Source of the DNA: a virus | Taxonomy: Duplodnaviria > Caudoviricetes | Length of the DNA stretch: 39,470 nucleotides | Direction: 5' to 3' (one strand) | Virus record (IMG/VR): IMGVR_UViG_3300020045_002438 | Span: 1-39,470 of that record | Shown: piece by piece, positions 19,801 through 27,484 of the stretch | How positions within the stretch are numbered: the stretch's first letter is position 1 | Layout of the letters: the number at the start of each line of letters is the position of its first letter | Position numbers and translations under genes: made by a program | The notes under the pieces: generated by a model | What the model saw: only the letters and a program-made list of their open reading frames with translations | Told to the model about the DNA's origin: nothing | Databases searched by the model: none

Positions 19801-19987
19801 AATGAAACAGAAATTGTTTCCATCGGAGCAAAGCCTTGAAGCTCTTCGCGCCATCCATGCTCAAAGCGTCCAGTTGAATATCGCCGCGCAGGAACGTCTT
19901 ATAAAAGCGTGTGAGAAAAAAGAAACGTGTCCCCTTGTCGATAGGCGCGTCGATCCGAACAGACACATATTCCGCTGCATAGGGTGA
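19790..19987 (+). CDS. Hypothetical lysis-cassette protein (65 aa)
   Basis: GAGG RBS; overlaps the holin end and abuts the endolysin. Confidence 0.6.
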   Translation: MFDRMKQKLFPSEQSLEALRAIHAQSVQLNIAAQERLIKACEKKETCPLVDRRVDPNRHIFRCIG

Positions 19988-19990
19988 TCC

Positions 19991-20392
19991 ATGTTTCAAC
20001 TAAGCCAACGAAGCCTTGATAAAATCGTTCTTGTCCATCCGGCTCTTTACGATGTCGTGCTCCGCGCAATACAAATCACAGAGATCGACTTCTGCGTCAC
20101 AGAGGGCAGGAGGACGAAGGAGCGGCAAGAGAAGCTGTTCGCTTCCGGCGCAAGCACGACCATGAACAGCCGCCACCTGACAGGCCATGCCGTCGATCTT
20201 GCGGCGATGATCGACTTTGACTGTGACGGGAAGCCGGAGGTTCGCTGGGACTGGCCTCTTTATGAAAAGCTGGCTGTAGCCATGAAGGGCGCGGCGCACG
20301 AGCTGAACGTCCCTATCGTCTGGGGCGGGGACTGGGTTTCGTTTAAGGACGGGGCTCACTTCGAGTTGGACAGAAAGGTGTATCCGGCATGA
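19991..20392 (+). CDS. Endolysin, M15-family peptidase (L-Ala-D-Glu type)
   Basis: EGRRTKERQ, SRHLTGHAVD, WGGDW and DGAHFEL motifs. Confidence 0.93.
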   Translation: MFQLSQRSLDKIVLVHPALYDVVLRAIQITEIDFCVTEGRRTKERQEKLFASGASTTMNSRHLTGHAVDLAAMIDFDCDGKPEVRWDWPLYEKLAVAMKGAAHELNVPIVWGGDWVSFKDGAHFELDRKVYPA

Positions 20393-20856
20393 TCGCTTGG
20401 TTGCTAAAGAACGCCCTGCCAATCAGCGCAGGAGCCTTGCTGGTTGGTCTTACGGGGTTCGCCATGCATACCCTAGCCATGAACCATCAAAAGGCTTCAT
20501 ACGAGCGGAAATTGACGGAACAAAAGACGGTCTTGACCGAACAATGTGAGGCTTCAAAAGCCGTTACCGAGGAGGTGTCTAGTGAATACCAAAAGAAACT
20601 TGCTGAGCGTGATAGCTCTCTCGCTCGCGCTCGCCGCCTGCTCAACACCCGATGCGAGGCAACCGTGGTCGTCCACACCCCCACCGGATATAATGGTTCC
20701 TACGGCGAAGGAAAGTCTGCTGGACAGGATGATCGCAGTCTTAGGGCTGATGCCAACGACATCATCGACCTTGCCGCAGAAGGCGAGCGTTACCGCCTCC
20801 AACTGATAGGTTGCCAGTCGTTCGTGGAAAAAAGCCGATCACTCAGGACGCAATAA
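20389..20856 (+). CDS. rz: Inner-membrane spanin (Rz-like)
   Basis: N-terminal TM segment, periplasmic coiled coil, C-terminal L..CQ.FV. Confidence 0.8.
   Translation: MIAWLLKNALPISAGALLVGLTGFAMHTLAMNHQKASYERKLTEQKTVLTEQCEASKAVTEEVSSEYQKKLAERDSSLARARRLLNTRCEATVVVHTPTGYNGSYGEGKSAGQDDRSLRADANDIIDLAAEGERYRLQLIGCQSFVEKSRSLRTQ
20582..20806 (+). CDS. rz1: Outer-membrane spanin lipoprotein (Rz1-like), embedded in Rz in the +1 frame
   Basis: GGAGGT RBS then GTG; signal peptide MNTKRNLLSVIALSLALAAC with lipobox LAAC; Pro-rich mature part. Confidence 0.8.
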   Translation: MNTKRNLLSVIALSLALAACSTPDARQPWSSTPPPDIMVPTAKESLLDRMIAVLGLMPTTSSTLPQKASVTASN

Positions 20857-20890
20857 AAAAGGCTCACAGCATGAGGTCTGTGAGCCTTTA
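20855..20890. terminator. Bidirectional terminator between the convergent late and early arms
   Basis: 12-bp stem AAAGGCTCACAG/CTGTGAGCCTTT flanked by A and T runs. Confidence 0.85.
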
Positions 20891-20893
20891 ATT

Positions 20894-20968
20894 TGGGTGC
20901 GGGGGTCGGACTTGAACCGACGACCTTCAGTTTATGGGACTGACGAGCTGCCTCTGCTCCACCCCGCG
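20894..20968 (-). tRNA. tRNA-Met(CAT), initiator-like with atypical features, CCA encoded
   Basis: Cloverleaf CGCGGGG-TG-GAGC AGAGGCA GCTC-G-TCAGT CCCATAA ACTGA-AGGTC-GTCGG TTCAAGT CCGAC-CCCCGCA-C-CCA. Confidence 0.92.
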
Positions 20969-20976
20969 CACGAAGA

Positions 20977-21198
20977 TTATTCCGATTTCTCTTCCTTCTT
21001 GTCAACATCTTCTTTGAAGATGATCGCACGAACTGCGCAGTCCTTGGCTTCAAGCAGGCGGCGCAGCGCGACACTCTTCTCTGGGTTCTCAGGAAGATGC
21101 TCGTTCATTTCGATAGCCAGATCGCCAAACTTTTTGCTGACAGACTTCATCGGCTCAGGTAGGTGGTCGTAGCTAAAAAACTGCATGATCTTTTGCAT
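20977..21198 (-). CDS. Small helical phage protein, possible Acb2/Tad1-like nucleotide sponge (73 aa)
   Basis: FFSYDHLP...LPENPEKSVALRRLLEAKDCAVRA; AAAGGGA RBS. Confidence 0.6.
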   Translation of the reverse strand: MQKIMQFFSYDHLPEPMKSVSKKFGDLAIEMNEHLPENPEKSVALRRLLEAKDCAVRAIIFKEDVDKKEEKSE

Positions 21199-21209
21199 CG
21201 TTGTCCCTT

Positions 21210-21395
21210 TCATTTTATTGCAGCTTTATCGTTAAGTGCATCCACCGCGCTGCAAATAGCGGTGATGACTATTGCGTGAAATGCTATACAGCCAACCAAA
21301 GCGAGGACGATAGGCCAGTTGAATGACCTTAGCTCCACCATCGTAACGCGACGATCTTCCGGTTTGGAATGAACGAGGCGAAGATGGGGCTTCAT
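21210..21395 (-). CDS. Small single-pass membrane protein (61 aa)
   Basis: TAATG coupling to the upstream gene; one long hydrophobic helix. Confidence 0.65.
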   Translation of the reverse strand: MKPHLRLVHSKPEDRRVTMVELRSFNWPIVLALVGCIAFHAIVITAICSAVDALNDKAAIK

Positions 21396-21589
21396 TACAT
21401 CGCGTCCTTGTTCTTGTAATAATCCTCGACGATTGTGCGAACAACCTCTGACGGAGTGGCGAGATATTCGCGCTCGTTCTCTGCGTCTTTGGTGATCCGA
21501 TCCCAAAGCTCAGACGAGAAGCGGATGCCCCTTGCAACGAGCGTAGGTTTTTTCTTCACAACCTTTTTCTTCTTTACAGATTTAGACAT
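21395..21589 (-). CDS. Arc/ribbon-helix-helix DNA-binding protein
   Basis: RGIRFSSELWDRI...TPSEVVRTIVEDY fits the RHH pattern; basic N-terminus. Confidence 0.75.
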   Translation of the reverse strand: MSKSVKKKKVVKKKPTLVARGIRFSSELWDRITKDAENEREYLATPSEVVRTIVEDYYKNKDAM

Positions 21590-21780
21590 TCTCTAACCCT
21601 TCTTCTGATTTGAGCCCTGACATTCAGCTCAGCTCTTTTATATCCAGCCTTCCCGTTGACGGGGAATATCCCGCATAATGCCCCGCCGACGAATATCTTA
21701 AAGTGGCGTGTTCCGCGCTCTATGTTGAATGGAACACCGCAACCTTCAAGCTCTTCCTTTATCGTCGGCGGGACTTTCAT
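21574..21780 (-). CDS. HicA-like dsRBD-fold protein (68 aa)
   Basis: G..F.IERGTRHFKIF motif and C-terminal helix N.RAQIRR. Confidence 0.55.
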   Translation of the reverse strand: MKVPPTIKEELEGCGVPFNIERGTRHFKIFVGGALCGIFPVNGKAGYKRAELNVRAQIRRRVRECLNL

Positions 21781-21783
21781 GCT

Positions 21784-22197
21784 TTAGTAATCGCGGCGAA
21801 GAACGCGAGCGATTTCGTGCAGCTTGTCGTCGCCTTTATCCTTCGGAGACAGGTCGATGTGGTCGCATTGCATCCGGCCTGTATTTTCGAGAGCAAGAGA
21901 CAACGCGCCCTGCGCAGAACCGATAACACGCTGAAGCGATGCTACGTTGATTTCATTAGGTTGGACGCTGTGAAGCTCCACAAATGCGCGTTGGACAGAC
22001 GTTTCGATAACGCTGTTCCTGTTCATCGAAAGACCAGCCATCTGATCGTTGGTCGTCTGGCCTTTCTGAAAGCGAGCCTCTGCGTCCTGAGCGCGGCGCA
22101 TCCAGTAGGAAGCTGTTGCGTCCTTCTCGTTCAACGCTTTATTGAGGTCTGCATTTTCAGACTTCAGTTTTTTGATGGTTGGATTTTCTCTCTTCAT
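21784..22197 (-). CDS. Hypothetical coiled-coil protein (137 aa)
   Basis: AAGGA RBS with C/A-rich spacer before ATG 22197. Confidence 0.65.
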   Translation of the reverse strand: MKRENPTIKKLKSENADLNKALNEKDATASYWMRRAQDAEARFQKGQTTNDQMAGLSMNRNSVIETSVQRAFVELHSVQPNEINVASLQRVIGSAQGALSLALENTGRMQCDHIDLSPKDKGDDKLHEIARVLRRDY

Positions 22198-22217
22198 TGG
22201 TTGGGTTCCTTCGATGG

Positions 22218-22349
22218 TTAGAGGTGGCATTGTGCCGGACTGTGAACCAAGACGCATAGGGCGGCTAGAAACAGATAGGCTATAACGATGAATGCAGAGA
22301 AGACTATAAGCTCCCCCAAACCAATCGCTATTTCTTTTAGGGTAATCAT
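22218..22349 (-). CDS. Small hydrophobic membrane peptide (43 aa); below the ORF-track cutoff
   Basis: AGGAG RBS; MITLKEIAIGLGELIVFSAFIVIAYLFLAALCVLVHSPAQCHL. Confidence 0.55.
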   Translation of the reverse strand: MITLKEIAIGLGELIVFSAFIVIAYLFLAALCVLVHSPAQCHL

Positions 22350-22376
22350 AAAAGATACTCCTGTCAAACAGTTTGT

Positions 22377-22571
22377 TTAACGCTGTTTAAGCGTCACTTC
22401 CTTTTTCGTAACAACCAAGATGCAGCCGTCATCTCTCACGATCTTCACGTCCTCGGATGTAAGACCTTGACCTCGAACGTATTCCTTCGCTTTTGAGATT
22501 GCGTCATCGTCCTGCCCTGTCACACAACACAGGACGAAGCGCGGTGGATAGCGTGTAGGTTCGCGCATCAC
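22377..22571 (-). CDS. Hypothetical protein (64 aa)
   Basis: Overlaps the stop of the upstream gene; GGAG RBS. Confidence 0.65.
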   Translation of the reverse strand: MMREPTRYPPRFVLCCVTGQDDDAISKAKEYVRGQGLTSEDVKIVRDDGCILVVTKKEVTLKQR

Positions 22572-23194
22572 ATCTCCGGCGTGTCGTCATCGAACGGGAC
22601 TTCTTCGGGCTCCGGCTTAACAACGGCCTTGGCCTTATCAGACCATGCCTTGTGAAGCGGTCTTACAGTTTCCTTCACCTCCGGCGTGAGAGTTGCGAGC
22701 CAATCGGTATAAGCCTCTACCCCACGAGCTGCGGCCTCGTCACCAGCAGCCTTGACGGATGGGTCTATAGCCTGCGCTGGCTGCGCTGTGGTGGCCTTAG
22801 TTGTGACAAGAGGCTTGACGGTGAAGGGTTTCTTATTCGCCTTCGTAGCGGTAAGGGCGAGCGTCCTCGGCGCGGATAGATCGCTCATGTGACTGATGCG
22901 GATACCTCCGACCTCGACCCCGCCGAACTTGACCTTTGGATCGCAGTAAATCGTCATCGACTTACCGACATACGCCGCGCTGTCCTTTCCCCAAATCTCA
23001 ATCAAGACACGCCGCATAGACTTGCAGGGCTTGTATGGCTTCCCGTTGTCTCCCTCGTAGTTTAGGGTTGCTGGCTGGTCTTCGCCCTTCTTAACGCTTG
23101 CCTTTGTGATCTTGATCGTCATCGTCTTGCCGCCGATCAGATCGTCCGCATTGAGCTGGTCGCTCTTTGGGATTACCGTTTCCATCATGTCCAT
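22568..23194 (-). CDS. Conserved exonuclease-partner protein, candidate ssDNA-annealing or ssDNA-binding protein
   Basis: IPKSDQLNADDLIGG...KPYKPCKSMRRVL...FGG..VGGIRISHMS; coupled to the YqaJ gene; acidic C-tail. Confidence 0.7.
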   Translation of the reverse strand: MDMMETVIPKSDQLNADDLIGGKTMTIKITKASVKKGEDQPATLNYEGDNGKPYKPCKSMRRVLIEIWGKDSAAYVGKSMTIYCDPKVKFGGVEVGGIRISHMSDLSAPRTLALTATKANKKPFTVKPLVTTKATTAQPAQAIDPSVKAAGDEAAARGVEAYTDWLATLTPEVKETVRPLHKAWSDKAKAVVKPEPEEVPFDDDTPEM

Positions 23195-23880
23195 TAGATC
23201 ATCTCCTCTTCAATAACCCGCTCTGTTGGCAGGAGGTTAAGTTCTCTTATCGCTGCATGATACTCGGCGATCTTATCGTTCACCTTTCCCTCGAATGCAG
23301 TCGATGCGCGAATGATGGATTCCTGCATTTCAAAGTTCGGAAGGATGCGAGCAACCATCATGTGCATACCGCCGTGATAGCTCAGGAAATCGCACCACTT
23401 GCGCTTCGTCACGAGAAGGCCAGTTTGGATTTGGATCATGCAGTTCAGCTTCTTATTCTCCGGCATCCCACGCGAGATGATGGTTTCAAACTGATACTTC
23501 TGCTTGCGCGATTTGCATTCAATCAAGCCGTCATCTCCGACAAGTCCGTCCGGCGAATAACCAATCGTGAAGCCCCACTCGTCGTTTGTCACAAAGCCGA
23601 CATCATCAACAGGAGAATAGTTCTCGCTGTATTTGATGCGAGCGAGGACTTCTTCTTCGTGTCCGCGCATCATGTCGTCGCCGATATAGGAAGGTTCAAC
23701 GTATTGGTTCACACGTTGTGCCGCTATCTCATAGACGTGCGAGCGCGTGTCGTCGTTGTCTGCAACCTTCAGCGTTGGCGTGATGATCTTGCTCATCTCG
23801 CTGGCTGTCAGCTTCCCGCAACGGATGGCGAACCATTCGTCGCTGCCTTGGATAAGGTCTTTGTGGTAGGTGATGGTCAT
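23194..23880 (-). CDS. YqaJ/lambda-type exonuclease
   Basis: QGSDEWF..R.GKLTAS, GYSPDGLV, IECK, QIQTGL, WCDF. Confidence 0.93.
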   Translation of the reverse strand: MTITYHKDLIQGSDEWFAIRCGKLTASEMSKIITPTLKVADNDDTRSHVYEIAAQRVNQYVEPSYIGDDMMRGHEEEVLARIKYSENYSPVDDVGFVTNDEWGFTIGYSPDGLVGDDGLIECKSRKQKYQFETIISRGMPENKKLNCMIQIQTGLLVTKRKWCDFLSYHGGMHMMVARILPNFEMQESIIRASTAFEGKVNDKIAEYHAAIRELNLLPTERVIEEEMI

Positions 23881-24047
23881 GTTGTTTCCTCTTCTAATGT
23901 TACAAACTTAATTGGCTTGAACGTGTCTTCCCCGTCCACTACTTCATGAACATAGACGGCGTGTTCGCAACCAATAAACAGCCTTCCTTGATGTTGGATC
24001 ATGCCTACTATTTTCATGTCAGTAGTTGCTACAAGCTCGAACGCCAT
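23877..24047 (-). CDS. Hypothetical protein (56 aa); below the ORF-track cutoff
   Basis: GAGGT RBS; ATGA overlap with the exonuclease start; MAFELVATTDMKIVG... Confidence 0.6.
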   Translation of the reverse strand: MAFELVATTDMKIVGMIQHQGRLFIGCEHAVYVHEVVDGEDTFKPIKFVTLEEETT

Positions 24048-24055
24048 TACTTACC

Positions 24056-25171
24056 TCAATAGTTGATCTTCGTGTGTGGAACCTTGCCGGATGCGATGGC
24101 GACGACGATTGCTTTTGCAGTTGCCTCGACACCAGACGTTCCTTCGATTGCCTTCATAATAGCGGTCAAGACCTCGTTGTTCACCTTGGCCTTGTGCTTT
24201 TTATCGGCTTCACGAGCGGCTGTTGCAGCGGCTTCCTTCTTCCGCTCTGCCTCAATACGCTCGCGCTCTTCACGAGCGGCGCGTTCTATGGCCTCTACCT
24301 TCTCTTTCTCGGCGCGTTCTGCATCAGCCTTACGCTCAGCTTCGACGGCTTCGGCGCGAGCATTTGCCTCTTCGACTTCCCGCTCAGCTCGTTCCTTGGC
24401 AACACGCTCATCTTCACGGCGTTGCTCTTCAGCACGAAGCTCAGCAGCGGCCTTCTCCTTTGCGGCCTTGGCCTCGGTAGCCGCACGTTCCTCTGCCTGC
24501 TTACGGGCTTGCTCTGCGGCTTCATGGGCGATCTGCTCTTCGCGTTGTTTTCTGCAAAGCTCTTCCTGCTCGGCGCGAAGACGGTCAAGCTCTGCCATGT
24601 CTTCATCATGCTTTTTTCGCCGAGACAAAAGACCTTCGAGAACTGTTCTGGTTTGCTCAGCCGTTGCAGCCGACCTCATTGAGAACTCTTGCCAATCAAA
24701 GACTTCAAGTTCTTTTAATTGGTCAAGGTGCGCTTGGATGATTTCAGCAGTAGCATCAGGCATCAACGGTGAAGCCTTCAACACCATCTCGCTGATACGC
24801 TCCTCTCGAACACGCACACGCTCTTTCTCAGCGTTCTCAAAATCTGTAAGAGGTTTACGAACTTCTTCCTTCAGCGCATCGCAAGCGTCACGGATTTTCT
24901 TGCGCTCGCTATCGACAAGATCAACCATCTTCTGCATCTCTGACTTCAAGGATTTTCCTTGATCGTCGAGAGCCGTCTTCGTCCTAGCAATTTTATATGC
25001 GACAGACTTAATTTGATCACGGCCTTTCTCGGTCGATATGTCCAGCTCTAATCCGGCGACCTGTTTGCGGATGCTATCAATAACGCTTTCGCTTCCGCCT
25101 TCTTTGCCGAACACAGTCAAGGCCGTGATTGGTTCGATGACGATTAAATCGTTTCCTAATTCCTCTGACAT
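24056..25171 (-). CDS. Conserved phage coiled-coil protein (E/A/R/K-rich, often mislabelled TolA-like)
   Basis: LDISTEKGRDQIKSVAYKIARTKT N-domain, long charged helix, C-terminal IASGKVPHTKINY. Confidence 0.8.
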   Translation of the reverse strand: MSEELGNDLIVIEPITALTVFGKEGGSESVIDSIRKQVAGLELDISTEKGRDQIKSVAYKIARTKTALDDQGKSLKSEMQKMVDLVDSERKKIRDACDALKEEVRKPLTDFENAEKERVRVREERISEMVLKASPLMPDATAEIIQAHLDQLKELEVFDWQEFSMRSAATAEQTRTVLEGLLSRRKKHDEDMAELDRLRAEQEELCRKQREEQIAHEAAEQARKQAEERAATEAKAAKEKAAAELRAEEQRREDERVAKERAEREVEEANARAEAVEAERKADAERAEKEKVEAIERAAREERERIEAERKKEAAATAAREADKKHKAKVNNEVLTAIMKAIEGTSGVEATAKAIVVAIASGKVPHTKINY

Positions 25172-25233
25172 TTCTTTCCCCTTTGGTTGGTTGGGTAAGG
25201 CGAGTAGTTTTTCAACTTGCTCAGGTTGGTTCG

Positions 25234-25431
25234 TTATTCGATCTCGGCTTCTTCTTCGTGCGCGACCTGTTCGATCTCGATTGTTTCCTTGCGAAGAACT
25301 TCAGCGAGGCCGACTGCGTTGAGCGGCTTGATCGTAACCTCGGAACGCATCACGAAATTGATAGCGGCCTTTTGGTTTGCGGCTTCAATAAGGCGTGTGC
25401 CTTTCGATGTTTCCATAAGATAGATAGGCAT
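25234..25431 (-). CDS. Hypothetical protein (65 aa)
   Basis: AAGGAG RBS; RLIEAANQKAAINFV. Confidence 0.7.
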   Translation of the reverse strand: MPIYLMETSKGTRLIEAANQKAAINFVMRSEVTIKPLNAVGLAEVLRKETIEIEQVAHEEEAEIE

Positions 25432-25434
25432 TGT

Positions 25435-25626
25435 TTATTCTCCTTTGTTTTCGGTTTGTGTTCTGATCAACACGTCTGCTTCTAGCAGCTCGTCTGCTCG
25501 AATAAGACGCATCTCCGTTTCTTCTAAGCAGATTACCTTTTTACCCTCTGCCTCGAAAAGCTCTCTTATTTTCTGCATCGTTGTTGTCTTGTAGTTTCCT
25601 TTGATGATAATCTCTGTCTGAACCAT
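25435..25626 (-). CDS. Hypothetical protein (63 aa)
   Basis: AAGGAG RBS before ATG 25626. Confidence 0.65.
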   Translation of the reverse strand: MVQTEIIIKGNYKTTTMQKIRELFEAEGKKVICLEETEMRLIRADELLEADVLIRTQTENKGE

Positions 25627-25682
25627 TTGGTATCTCCTTTTGTTTGCGTTTGACATCGTGTTCACGAATTGTCAAACAATGT

Positions 25683-26060
25683 TTACACGGTGGTTTTGTA
25701 TCCGTCAATCTTTTTTTTCAGATCGGCAGGATTATTTAGAAAGAAGGCGATGCCCCCGTTCATATTGATAAAGTTGATAAAGTTCTCCTGCTTCTTTTCA
25801 TGTTCTCTTGTCGGCTTCTTCCAGTCTGATTTTTTTGTTTCGACGCAGAGCAACACGGCAACAGTTCTTCCAACCATCTCTGGTGTGATGACAACGGGAG
25901 CGAACCCGACAAGATCGCTCGCCCCCTCAGCTTCAAGCCCCGCCCGTGTCTTCCTTCCATCCATCGTGTAAAAGAAACCACGGTTATTCCTGAACAGGCG
26001 GCAACCAATTCGGCTTGCAGCAAGTCTTGTCTCTTGCAGGATTGGGGCTTCAAGCGTCAT
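25683..26060 (-). CDS. VRR-NUC domain nuclease (probable Holliday-junction resolvase)
   Basis: LFRNNRG, GASDLVG, VETK, QENFI...GGIAF (PD-D/ExK). Confidence 0.88.
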   Translation of the reverse strand: MTLEAPILQETRLAASRIGCRLFRNNRGFFYTMDGRKTRAGLEAEGASDLVGFAPVVITPEMVGRTVAVLLCVETKKSDWKKPTREHEKKQENFINFINMNGGIAFFLNNPADLKKKIDGYKTTV

Positions 26061-26068
26061 GTCATCAC

Positions 26069-26629
26069 CTACAGAGCAAGAAGAAGTGTGTATGCCAGAT
26101 CGTAGCAGAGCAGTCCTGTCAGAACCTCGCCCCACTCAGTCCAACCCTTCGCGAAGACAGAAGGCTCTTCGTTGCTTTCGATAACCCACAATGGGCTCTC
26201 GTTGTATTTTACAAGCCTTGCATTCTTGACGTGGTAGACGCCGAGATCAACATCATTCAGCAAGTTTCGCCCGACAGCATACATTCCGCCAGACAACAGA
26301 CCGAGCAAGCAAATAGGTGTAAGCTCAGGCATGAAGTAAAGAGCGGGAGCCATCCACAGTCCGACACGCACGAATGCGATAAGCGACATATAGATGTATC
26401 CCCAAGGCGGCGCGATCTGCCATGTGAAGCCGTGCGGTATCATGCGCCCAGCATAAGCAAGGAAGAACGATGTGACGAGAACGACACAAGCGTCATCCCA
26501 TCCAAAGCCCTTCACGATCATCACAAAAGCAAGATAGGCCGCTGCGATTGCAGAGAAGATAAGGCGCGTTTTGAACGTCCCATCTTGCGTTATGAACCCG
26601 CCGACGAAGCGGTAAACAAATGTTAGCAT
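26069..26629 (-). CDS. Multi-pass membrane protein (186 aa)
   Basis: AAGGAG RBS; four or more hydrophobic helices. Confidence 0.7.
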   Translation of the reverse strand: MLTFVYRFVGGFITQDGTFKTRLIFSAIAAAYLAFVMIVKGFGWDDACVVLVTSFFLAYAGRMIPHGFTWQIAPPWGYIYMSLIAFVRVGLWMAPALYFMPELTPICLLGLLSGGMYAVGRNLLNDVDLGVYHVKNARLVKYNESPLWVIESNEEPSVFAKGWTEWGEVLTGLLCYDLAYTLLLAL

Positions 26630-26659
26630 AGCGTTTCTCCTTTCAAGGTTGAACCATAG

Positions 26660-27124
26660 TCACTTTGTTTTTTTAGGTGATAAATTCTCCCTCCTTTCCA
26701 TTGTTCTAATTCTATGACAGCAAGCGCAAACAACCTCGCACCTTTCTATCTCTTCAAGGATTAGGTCTATTTTATATGCTTGAGAATACATACTTGCTAT
26801 ACTCTTTCTTTTTCCCTTGATGTGGTCAAAATCCATAGCAACAGGATGAAACTTCCTTCCGCAATCACAACACGGAGTTTCAGATTTTATCTTATCAATA
26901 ACCAGCTTTACAGCTTGTCTCCTTTTGCTCTGTTCGGTAGCCTTTTTAGTCCTGTTTTTTATATTATATTGTTTCCTGTATGCTTTCATTTTCTCAAAGT
27001 TGTCATCTTGATAGGACGCTCTACATTTCTTGCAAACAGTCCTTCTTCCTATCCTTCCATCCCTGTGTTTATATGTGGCAAAAGCCCTATCTTCCGTTTG
27101 CTTTCCACACTTGGAACATTCCAT
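26660..27124 (-). CDS. Free-standing HNH endonuclease
   Basis: CSKC...CKKC, PCCDCG...DFDH...CEVVCACCHRIRT; visibly AT-rich; GGAG RBS. Confidence 0.88.
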   Translation of the reverse strand: MECSKCGKQTEDRAFATYKHRDGRIGRRTVCKKCRASYQDDNFEKMKAYRKQYNIKNRTKKATEQSKRRQAVKLVIDKIKSETPCCDCGRKFHPVAMDFDHIKGKRKSIASMYSQAYKIDLILEEIERCEVVCACCHRIRTMERRENLSPKKTK

Positions 27125-27227
27125 ATTATAATCTCCAATGAAGGTTTGTGTATAGCCACCATCTCATAAAATAATTATATAAACAAGAAAATCTTGTCGA
27201 AGGCTGTTATCTGTTGACCGGAAAGCA

Positions 27228-27314
27228 TCATGACTTGAACCCGTTGCAGGAGTTCGCGTATTCCCTTCCCATGCTGTACCCAAGCCAAAACATATACCAA
27301 TGGAACGGTGTCAT
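27228..27314 (-). CDS. Possible 28-aa peptide
   Basis: ATGA coupling to the upstream gene with AAGGGG RBS; MTPFHWYMFWLGYSMGREYANSCNGFKS. Confidence 0.35.
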   Translation of the reverse strand: MTPFHWYMFWLGYSMGREYANSCNGFKS

Positions 27315-27484
27315 TTCTGCGCCCCTTCTGCTTTACAAGCGTTGACTATCAAGGTTTGTTTGGTGTCCGCATCATAACCGCCGATGCGAATATCGACAGA
27401 GCCACCAGCGACGAAGTGCTGTGCGATCTCATCAGTTAAAACAAACGTAGCCGTTCTGTCTTCGACCTCAATAAAGATTTTCAT
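27311..27484 (-). CDS. Hypothetical protein (57 aa)
   Basis: AGGAG RBS; ATGA overlap with the helicase stop. Confidence 0.6.
   Translation of the reverse strand: MKIFIEVEDRTATFVLTDEIAQHFVAGGSVDIRIGGYDADTKQTLIVNACKAEGAQK

Noticed and set aside
20894-20968. tRNA as an attP/att site of a prophage
   Set aside because: No integrase, no duplicated tRNA end and no host flanks
24063-24962. 299-aa Ser/Ala/Arg-rich plus-strand ORF, and overlapping 23167-23949 and 24026-24682
   Set aside because: Antisense shadows of the exonuclease and coiled-coil genes
27225-27300. Second tRNA suggested by GGTTCAAGTC on the minus strand
   Set aside because: No T-stem, acceptor stem or cloverleaf can be formed around it
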